NCBI GenBank assembly: GCA_039024555.1
Contig: JBCCQQ010000084.1
Location: forward strand, 1-21,132
Origin: Cyanobacteria bacterium P01_D01_bin.156
GTDB taxonomy: Bacteria > Cyanobacteriota > Cyanobacteriia > Phormidesmidales > Phormidesmidaceae
DNA: 21,132 bases
Reading direction: 5' to 3'
Positions 7,915 through 14,528 of the stretch are shown in pieces. The notes under the pieces were generated by a model. It was not told where the DNA came from, searched no databases, and saw only the letters and a program-made list of their open reading frames with translations. The stretch's first letter is position 1. The number at the start of each line of letters is the position of its first letter. The position numbers and the translations under genes were made by a program.

Positions 7915-8949
7915 ATGCAATCTCAGCCAACTGTGGGCAATGTGACTAGAGATTTCTCTTGGTTACAGGGAAATGCTCGTCTTATTAATCGAACAGAAAT
8001 GCTGTTAGGGGCTCACTTAGCCCATGCTGGTTTGATTATGTTTTGGGCGGGGTCTTTCACCCTATTGGAGCTATCGCGCTACAGCCCAGACATTCCCATT
8101 GCTCAGCAAGGTTTGCTGTTATTGCCCCGTCTGGTCAACCTAGGCTGGTGGGATATGGATGCTTGGTTTGCGATCGCTATCTTGCACTTGGTCTCATCTG
8201 CTGTACTTGCCGCAGGTGGTTTTTTCCACACATTTAACCAGCAGCGCTCCACTGACTATGCGGTGGGAAATGACGTAATTATGGCCAAGGAAGAAGGTTT
8301 ATGGAGTAATCCTGCTACCTTGAGCTTTATTCTGGGCCAGCATCTAATTGTCCTAGGGTTTGCCGCCTCGTTCTTTGTGCTTAAAGCAACTCAATTTGGT
8401 GGTATCTACGATCCAACGGTGGGAACTGTTCATATCGTTGATCAGATCACCACTAATCCAGCTGTGATCTTTGGTTATCTCTTTGGATTCACTCCCCATG
8501 GTTGGGACCCAATGGGAATGGCAGCTGTTGATAATATGGCCGATTTGATTGGTGGCCATGTGTGGATATCTGTTATCTGTATTTTGGGTGGTATTTGGCA
8601 CACGGTTCGTGCTCCATTTGGCTGGTTTAAGGACAGGTTTATCTATGATGGCCATGTTATTTTGTCCTACAGCCTGGCCGGTGTTGGCCTAATGGCATTA
8701 ATTTCTATTTTCTTCGTTTTCAACGAAATGATTTATCCTGTCGAAATTTTTGGTGCCAATCGCCTAGAAACGATTGCCCTGCAGACCCTATTGGGAGTTA
8801 CCTTTTTGGGCGGGCATGTTTGGCATAACTTGCTTGGCCAGAAGAACAGTGGTCGTCTCAGTGACCTATCCTATTACGAAGCAGCCATGGCAGGATTCGC
8901 AACTATTTTGGTTGCAGGCGTTGCTATCGGACTTAACAGTGTTGCCTAG
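7915..8949 (+). CDS. isiA: Divergent IsiA/Pcb-family chlorophyll-binding protein with extra C-terminal hydrophobic helix
   Basis: GNARL, LLGAHLAHAGLIMFWAG, HLVSSAVLAAGG, VDNMADLIGGHVW, ILSYSLAG, GGHVWH; shortened loops; AGGAG RBS. Confidence 0.9.
   Translation: MQSQPTVGNVTRDFSWLQGNARLINRTEMLLGAHLAHAGLIMFWAGSFTLLELSRYSPDIPIAQQGLLLLPRLVNLGWWDMDAWFAIAILHLVSSAVLAAGGFFHTFNQQRSTDYAVGNDVIMAKEEGLWSNPATLSFILGQHLIVLGFAASFFVLKATQFGGIYDPTVGTVHIVDQITTNPAVIFGYLFGFTPHGWDPMGMAAVDNMADLIGGHVWISVICILGGIWHTVRAPFGWFKDRFIYDGHVILSYSLAGVGLMALISIFFVFNEMIYPVEIFGANRLETIALQTLLGVTFLGGHVWHNLLGQKNSGRLSDLSYYEAAMAGFATILVAGVAIGLNSVA
8170..8177. repeat. HIP1 octamer GCGATCGC (first of 7 copies spotted)
   Basis: Copies read at 8170, 11359, 15252, 16424, 17446, 20171 and 21013. 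HIP1 is a known cyanobacterial genome signature. Confidence 0.85.
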
Positions 8950-8984
8950 CGGTCTCTAACTATGGATTCCTCTAGATCCATGCC

Positions 8985-9019
8985 GACTCATCTCTGCTTT
9001 GTGGAGATGAGTTTTTTTT
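8985..9019 (+). terminator. Intrinsic terminator after the third isiA
   Basis: GACTCATCTCTGC-ttt-GTGGAGATGAGTT followed by a T run. Confidence 0.8.
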
Positions 9020-9070
9020 GCCCATCAGCCATGGGCCTTGATATATCTTAAAAAAATTGATTTTAGAACA

Positions 9071-9403
9071 ATGCGCTGGTTTAAGGTTACTTTTCAAAAT
9101 TCTCGTCTAGATCAAAAAACGACGGTAAATGTTGCAGAAGATGACTCTGTTTTAGATGCGGCTAAAGAAAAGGGTTTGAATTTCCCCATGCCCTGCCGTA
9201 CCGGCAACTGTGATGCCTGTGTGGGTCGGCTTTTAGTTGGCAACCTGGATCAGACAGAACAGTCACTTTTGGACGACGCTCAAATTGCCGATGGACATGC
9301 ATTGCTCTGTCGTTCCTATGCACTTTCTGATTGCACCATTGCTGTCGATTGGGACGGGGGGCTTTTAGAACAGAACGAGCACTTTTTTTTCCTTGATAAG
9401 TAA
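9071..9403 (+). CDS. Divergent plant-type 2Fe-2S ferredoxin
   Basis: CRTGNCDAC...LLC cluster ligands, DQTEQSLLDDAQI, SDCTI; extended C-terminus. The ATG at 9071 is preferred. Confidence 0.9.
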   Translation: MRWFKVTFQNSRLDQKTTVNVAEDDSVLDAAKEKGLNFPMPCRTGNCDACVGRLLVGNLDQTEQSLLDDAQIADGHALLCRSYALSDCTIAVDWDGGLLEQNEHFFFLDK

Positions 9404-9417
9404 GGCTTTCTGCGACT

Positions 9418-10023
9418 ATGACATCCTCACTTCCCTACAGTCACACCCTACATGTAAGCCCCTATGGAAAGTCAATTCCATATGCCGAAAACAGTCATGC
9501 CAATCACGGATTTAAGAATCTCAAACACTATCCTGAACTAATCGATGATATTCCAGAATTATCAACGGATAGCAGTTTGAGGTCTTTGGTTGTTTCTCTA
9601 AACACCTGTAACAGTAGCTTTTTTAGTATTGGTTGTTTTAGTGGCATAAGAGAAACATTACATGGGGCGCGACACCGGGGGTATGTAGAATTTGCATGGA
9701 ATTGTAGAAACTGTGTACGGGATGCTATCCATTATTTTTCTTTATATTTTCACTTTGACCAATTCTTACGCACCCATGGGTTCAACCATAGGGTAAAGTT
9801 AGACTGGCTAATTGAAGAAGCTCAGTTTTGTGATATCGATCTTTGTGGTTTTTGCTGTGCAATTTTTATCGATACAGCCCCCTGTGAATTGACCGCTGAT
9901 GCCATAAATGCATGGCAAATATCGCTTCAAACAATCGATTCATTTCTCGCAGCTATTCCCCAATCGTCTTCTAATGCGATTTATGGAAACACAGAGAACA
10001 CTTTAAATGGAGTAACTGCTTGA
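9418..10023 (+). CDS. Hypothetical protein (201 aa, Cys/His/Phe-rich)
   Basis: Long ATG-started ORF 14 bp after the ferredoxin; no family recognised. Confidence 0.75.
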   Translation: MTSSLPYSHTLHVSPYGKSIPYAENSHANHGFKNLKHYPELIDDIPELSTDSSLRSLVVSLNTCNSSFFSIGCFSGIRETLHGARHRGYVEFAWNCRNCVRDAIHYFSLYFHFDQFLRTHGFNHRVKLDWLIEEAQFCDIDLCGFCCAIFIDTAPCELTADAINAWQISLQTIDSFLAAIPQSSSNAIYGNTENTLNGVTA

Positions 10024-10063
10024 GATAAGCTATCGCGCGATATTCAGCAGGTTTAAGTTTTAG

Positions 10064-10152
10064 CCGTTGCTGATTTATGGGATGGATCGATCTGACGACG
10101 CTAGACTGTGCCAGACTCTCTCAGAAAAAATTATCCCGAGGATCAGCAACGC
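10064..10152. repeat. ~90-bp terminal-inverted-repeat / hairpin element, copy 2
   Basis: CGTTGCTGAT (10065-10074) ... ATCAGCAACG (10142-10151), extended by GGGAT/ATCCC and inner TCTGA/TCAGA pairs. Confidence 0.8.
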
Positions 10153-10185
10153 CAAGTTTTAACTATTTTTGAGAGGAGAGCGTCT

Positions 10186-11139
10186 GTGGAAACCCATGAG
10201 TTTGATGTTGTTATTATTGGTGGCGGTCCAGCAGGATGTGCCTGTGCTCTCTACACGGCCCGTGCCGATCTCAAAACAATTATTTTAGACAAAAACCCAG
10301 CCGTGGGTGCCTTAGCAATCACTCACAAAATTGCCAACTACCCTGGTGTAGGTGGTGATATTAGTGGGACTGCTTTGTTGGATATGATGCGTGATCAAGC
10401 AGTGGATTATGGCGCGGTGTATCAGCGTTCCCAGGTCTTTGGCATTGATGTGGAAGGCCCCCTCAAAAAGGCCTATACCCCTGAAGGAATTTTTGCTGGA
10501 CGGGCGATGGTACTCGCTACCGGAGCCATGGGTCGAAAAGCCTCTTTTTCAGGTGAAACAGAATTTTTAGGACGAGGTGTAAGCTACTGTGCCACCTGTG
10601 ATGGTGCGTTTTACCGCAATCGAGAGGTGGCTGTTGTGGGTATTAATCAAGAAGCAATTGAAGAAGCCCAGGTACTGACTAAATTTGCCTCTACAGTTCA
10701 CTGGATCACGCCTAAAGTTCCCAAGCCAGAAGACGTACATAGTCAGGAACTGTTGCAGCGAGACAATGTTAAACCCTGGAACCGTGCTCGATTACTTACG
10801 GTCCAAGGCGACAATACCGGTGTCACTGGTATTGAAATTAAGCCTTTGGATCAAGCGGCTGTAGAACTTCCAGTGGAAGGGGTGTTTATTTATCAAAGTG
10901 GTTCTAAACCGATTACCGATTTTATTAACGGTCAAGTTGCCCTCAACTCTGATGGGGGAGTGCGGGTCGACGAGATGATGAATACGTCAGTAGATGGGGT
11001 ATGGGCCATTGGAGATATTCGTAATACTCCCTTTAAACAGGCAGTAGTTGCCGCAGGAGATGGCTGTGTTGCGGCAATGTCCATTGATCGTTTTCTCAAC
11101 AGCCGTAAGTCTATTAAGCCTGACTGGGATCATAAGTAG
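10186..11139 (+). CDS. trxB: FAD-dependent thioredoxin reductase, TrxB-like, probably the ferredoxin-dependent FFTR/DTR type
   Basis: FAD motif DVVIIGGGPAG, ANYPG, LATGA, redox GVSYCATCDG, TSVDGVWAIGD. NADPH motifs are replaced (GINQEA for GGGxxA; ITPK for HRR) and there is a C-terminal KPDW tail. GTG start at 10186 after a GAGAGGAG RBS. Confidence 0.92.
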   Translation: METHEFDVVIIGGGPAGCACALYTARADLKTIILDKNPAVGALAITHKIANYPGVGGDISGTALLDMMRDQAVDYGAVYQRSQVFGIDVEGPLKKAYTPEGIFAGRAMVLATGAMGRKASFSGETEFLGRGVSYCATCDGAFYRNREVAVVGINQEAIEEAQVLTKFASTVHWITPKVPKPEDVHSQELLQRDNVKPWNRARLLTVQGDNTGVTGIEIKPLDQAAVELPVEGVFIYQSGSKPITDFINGQVALNSDGGVRVDEMMNTSVDGVWAIGDIRNTPFKQAVVAAGDGCVAAMSIDRFLNSRKSIKPDWDHK

Positions 11140-11141
11140 CA

Positions 11142-11996
11142 TCAGGCCACTGGAAGATATTCAGGCAGTACGGTCAGACAGGCTAGGGCAGTATAGGTAA
11201 GGGCAAAGTAGGTTTCAAAGCGGGCAATGTGGCCAAAGTGACAGTTGCAGTACCAGTCTCGAAAGAGAATAACAACCACTAGTTTGATTAAAACAACGCT
11301 TAATGTGAGAGCTGTAAACAGCGATAGCCAGCCTAGTAGATAAAGTGTTGTGGTTAGCGCGATCGCAACACTATGAAACACGAAGCTACCCTTTAATGAG
11401 CTGGTTCTGGCCTTGCGTAATTTGATGGTAAAAACTGCACTGGCAAAAAAGCAGGAGTTCAACAACCACAAACCCAGAGCCTGTACGGTAATGGTGTCAG
11501 TATTGGTGCCATATACAAACAATGTGGCCATACAAATGGCTGAGAACATAAGAATTTCAGTAGCGATAGCCTTTTGCTGTCGTTGCAAAACCGCTACCAT
11601 GTCAATGCCCATGGCGATGGCAGCCGCACCGCAAACCCAAAGCAGTACCGGATGTCGATAGGCCAGATAGGCTGCAATAATTAGTGCACTGCCACCATAC
11701 ACACTAGCCCATAGGACATATCTGGGCTTCCAATGGCGTCGCCGTTTTAGTTGAACAATTAGGGGATGTTCCGCCTGTAACCCCAAAAAGGCAACAACAC
11801 AGGCCAACGTCGTTTCCCAAGTCCAGGTCTGAGCCAGGGAAGCTCCTGTAAGCAGAGCTCCCATCAAAACTAGGAGAACACCATGTTCAGGAGAAAACGT
11901 TGGCAAATAAATGGACTTGCTATTTTCTGAAATGTTTATGGGCTTGGCATTTCCTGAAATATTTGTTGGAGGAGCAACCACTGGAGAACTAATCAT
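11142..11996 (-). CDS. YwiC-like integral membrane protein
   Basis: N-terminal PEHG..V..GA..GA motif typical of the YwiC-like family and about 8 hydrophobic segments. The start is uncertain (TTG 12002 or ATG 11996). Confidence 0.8.
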   Translation of the reverse strand: MISSPVVAPPTNISGNAKPINISENSKSIYLPTFSPEHGVLLVLMGALLTGASLAQTWTWETTLACVVAFLGLQAEHPLIVQLKRRRHWKPRYVLWASVYGGSALIIAAYLAYRHPVLLWVCGAAAIAMGIDMVAVLQRQQKAIATEILMFSAICMATLFVYGTNTDTITVQALGLWLLNSCFFASAVFTIKLRKARTSSLKGSFVFHSVAIALTTTLYLLGWLSLFTALTLSVVLIKLVVVILFRDWYCNCHFGHIARFETYFALTYTALACLTVLPEYLPVA

Positions 11997-12046
11997 TGCC
12001 AAAGAGATTAAAAACCACTCGCACTTGTATGCAGACGCTTGAATAT

Positions 12047-12061
12047 CAAGAATAATTCCTA
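12047..12061. promoter_or_regulatory. Degenerate Fur-like box upstream of the ywiC-like gene
   Basis: CAAGAAT-A-ATTCCTA (core GAAT-n-ATTC kept), ~50 bp upstream of the start. Confidence 0.45.
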
Positions 12062-12301
12062 TTAAAGAATACCCTGATATGGCCTAAGAGTATTTAAGTT
12101 TCTCAAAAATTAATCTCAGTTAAAGGGTGTTATTTTCTCTCAAGACATTCATATATTTGCTTGAAAGTATCTCCCTAAGACATTTATATAGTCTTGGCTG
12201 CACTAGTCAAACCCATATCCTTCGAACGTATTTAGTTGCAAAAACAATGTGACGCGCAAACGTCCTACGCATCAGCACGTTTGCTATATCTAAGTCAAAC
12301 T

Positions 12302-12316
12302 TGAGACTAAGTCTTA
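12302..12316. promoter_or_regulatory. Fur-like 7-1-7 palindrome upstream of the TPR gene
   Basis: TGAGACT-A-AGTCTTA, ~40 bp upstream of ATG 12358. Confidence 0.45.
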
Positions 12317-12357
12317 ATAACTGCTATCCTTAACAAGCTCTTCTATAAAATCTAATA

Positions 12358-13011
12358 ATGTGGCTCCATAAGTCCTTTTCCCTTGTTCTGTTGGCATTAC
12401 TGACAACTTCGTTACCGGCTAGGGCACAGTCCTTAAATGAGCTATCTCGACAAGGAATAGATGCATATCGTGCTGGCGATTATCAGACAGCCGCATCACT
12501 CTGGCAGCAGATAATAGAGCAGGATCCAGAAAATGCAGATGCCTATAACAATTTAGGGGCAACTCTCTATCAGTTGGGTCAGTCAGAAGCCGCAGAAGAT
12601 GCCTATCGCAATTCTCTAGAAATTAATGGTGACAGCGCAGATACTTACAATAATCTAGGGGCTGTGCTGGTACAGCGAGAAAAGTACGAGGACGCTGTTG
12701 TTGCCTACAGGCAAGCTATCGAACTAAATCCAGAACTGCCCGAAGCCTACGTGAATTTGGGCAATTTACTGCCCGCCGAACAAGCTGTAAGTGCATACAC
12801 AAAAGCAATAGAGTTGAACCCTAGCTATGTACAGGCCTACAACAATTTAGGATCTGTTCTTTTTGAGTTAGAAGATTATGAGAACGCCATCCTAGCCTAT
12901 AACCGTGCCCTAGAAATCGCTCCTGACTTTCAATCCGCTCGTGACAATTTGGCTCTAGCGGAAACCGCCATTGAATCTAGAGAGAATACGAATTCTGAGC
13001 CCGCACAGTAG
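12358..13011 (+). CDS. Tetratricopeptide repeat protein with N-terminal signal peptide
   Basis: Signal-like LVLLALLTTSLPARA-Q; repeated AYNNLG...A...Y..A.E..P units (~5 TPRs). Confidence 0.92.
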   Translation: MWLHKSFSLVLLALLTTSLPARAQSLNELSRQGIDAYRAGDYQTAASLWQQIIEQDPENADAYNNLGATLYQLGQSEAAEDAYRNSLEINGDSADTYNNLGAVLVQREKYEDAVVAYRQAIELNPELPEAYVNLGNLLPAEQAVSAYTKAIELNPSYVQAYNNLGSVLFELEDYENAILAYNRALEIAPDFQSARDNLALAETAIESRENTNSEPAQ

Positions 13012-13058
13012 TGATGACGCCAAAGCCTGCTTAATGCACTGTGTAGCAGAGTTTATTC

Positions 13059-13358
13059 CTAATATAGGTCGTCTTCTGCATGGGTTTCAATCGTGCAATC
13101 CGACATAGGATAGGTAACACAGAGCAAAGCATAACCGGCCCCAAGCTGATCGTCATCTAAAAACGATTGATCTGACTGATCCACCTCCCCCTCTAAAATC
13201 TTGCCAGCACAGGATGAACAGGCACCAGCACGACAAGAGAATGGTAAATCTACACCCTGGTCTTCTGCAGCATCCAAAATATATTCATCATCCGGCACTT
13301 CGATTGTGGCATCAACGCCATGGGTCTCACTAATCAAGGTGACTTTGTAGGTTTTCAT
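13059..13358 (-). CDS. petF: Plant-type ferredoxin (2Fe-2S)
   Basis: [70 protein letters not shown]. Confidence 0.96.
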   Translation of the reverse strand: MKTYKVTLISETHGVDATIEVPDDEYILDAAEDQGVDLPFSCRAGACSSCAGKILEGEVDQSDQSFLDDDQLGAGYALLCVTYPMSDCTIETHAEDDLY

Positions 13359-13404
13359 AAGTGCTGTTTCTAGTTAAAGAATGGTTGCTGTCTTCTAAAG
13401 CAGT

Positions 13405-13845
13405 CTAGAATGGAGCTAATGTCTCAGAATGCTGGGTCCTGATTAGAGCAATTCTTCCATAGCGGGGATCAATATCCAGTCCCATAATCTCTAATTGAGT
13501 AGGGTGATTTTGATCCCTATTTTGCAGGGTGTAACAAGCTAAATCTCCAGGGGGCAACGTCAGACACTGTTGAAAAATATGCTTTCTATGTTGCAAGGGT
13601 AAAAAGAGAGTATCACCAACGGCTAAGGCCGCATGATTTTGAAAGGTAACCTGCCCATCGTGGGTGAGAATACCGGCCGGGGTAGGATACTGATCGCACC
13701 AATGTACAGCCAGAAACCAACGAGCATCGGCAATGCGATTAAATAGATGATCTTTCTTAGGATGTTGCAGTACGCGATAGCCACCTTCAACGGAGAGAAT
13801 AGTCCCGCCTAAAAAAGCAACCGCAACATTAATGGAATAACTCAT
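13405..13845 (-). CDS. Hypothetical protein (~146 aa) upstream of petF
   Basis: Clean ORF co-oriented with petF, 46 bp upstream. ATG 13845 is preferred over TTG 13857. No family recognised. Confidence 0.75.
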   Translation of the reverse strand: MSYSINVAVAFLGGTILSVEGGYRVLQHPKKDHLFNRIADARWFLAVHWCDQYPTPAGILTHDGQVTFQNHAALAVGDTLFLPLQHRKHIFQQCLTLPPGDLACYTLQNRDQNHPTQLEIMGLDIDPRYGRIALIRTQHSETLAPF

Positions 13846-13921
13846 GATTTGGTTCAATAATTGTATAAATCCATGGGCAATAACAAATCAGTTTAACAAC
13901 AAGTTAACGTGCTCTTGAAGA

Positions 13922-14014
13922 CTAGAAGTCCGATATTTCAGAAGAAATCAGCATAGTCCAAGCAATAGCTGCCGTAACTGGTGATAAAACCAACAGAAAA
14001 TCCAGATCAATCAG
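13922..14014 (-). CDS. Candidate PsbY-like single-helix small protein or relic (30 codons, non-canonical start)
   Basis: Manual translation LIDLDFLLVLSPVTAAIAWTMLISSEISDF*, which resembles the PsbY pattern D..(hydrophobic)VL.P...A..W. No ATG or GTG precedes the helix. Confidence 0.3.
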   Translation of the reverse strand: MIDLDFLLVLSPVTAAIAWTMLISSEISDF

Positions 14015-14140
14015 GCTAGAAGAAGCCCACCTGGTCAGGTTGCCCTATTTGCGTTTAGTGTTGTCTAACCGGGACAGCGCAACATTACGGTTACGTCGTG
14101 CATTCTCATAATCAGGATAATGACCTTAGTTTGATTTAAT

Positions 14141-14155
14141 CAAGAACTATTGTCA
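14141..14155. promoter_or_regulatory. Fur-like box upstream of the sORF-hypothetical-petF unit
   Basis: On the minus strand, TGACAAT-A-GTTCTTG with TAT/ATT flanks. Confidence 0.5.
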
Positions 14156-14383
14156 ATAGTGTACGCCAAAATAGGCTATTAATTTAACCTTGTATCCAAA
14201 CTTTTACCGTGCCCCAACAAAATGTAGTCCCGACAACAAAAGGCATTATGTTGGTTTTTAGATATTGTTTTAACGCTGGTTATTAGGAGTTTACAAGGAC
14301 GGGAGAAATCGCATAGTTACAGCCGCCCTTCAACATATCCAATGCTGTCTTGAGTAACTTTAGGTAATTGCCTAAAGTTAACT

Positions 14384-14402
14384 AATAAGAATCATTCTTA
14401 TT
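14384..14402. promoter_or_regulatory. Perfect 9-1-9 Fur-like palindrome between the petF unit and araC
   Basis: AATAAGAAT-C-ATTCTTATT. Confidence 0.65.
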
Positions 14403-14528
14403 TGGATGACAATCTGAACTATTTTGGATTAATTACGGTAATTGGCGTTGTGTAAATGCCGTTGTTTAGATAGCAGGATCCGTAATGCCGATAAAATTAG
14501 GCTGGGTAGCAGAAACATTTATTTATTA

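Noticed and set aside
3789..8949. Calling the CP43-like genes psbC
   Set aside because: All lack the large lumenal E loop, there is no adjacent psbD, and they sit with flavodoxin and Fur-like boxes.
3327..8959. Track ORFs 3327-3533, 4129-4455, 4971-5168, 6177-6410, 7230-7457, 8043-8237, 8353-8655 and 8774-8959
   Set aside because: They overlap well-supported cpcL, isiA or isiB genes in other frames or on the antisense strand.
12136..12195. Imperfect direct repeat tctctcaagacattcatata / tctccctaagacatttatata
   Set aside because: Only two degenerate copies in AT-rich DNA and no spacer architecture; not a CRISPR array, and its significance is unclear.
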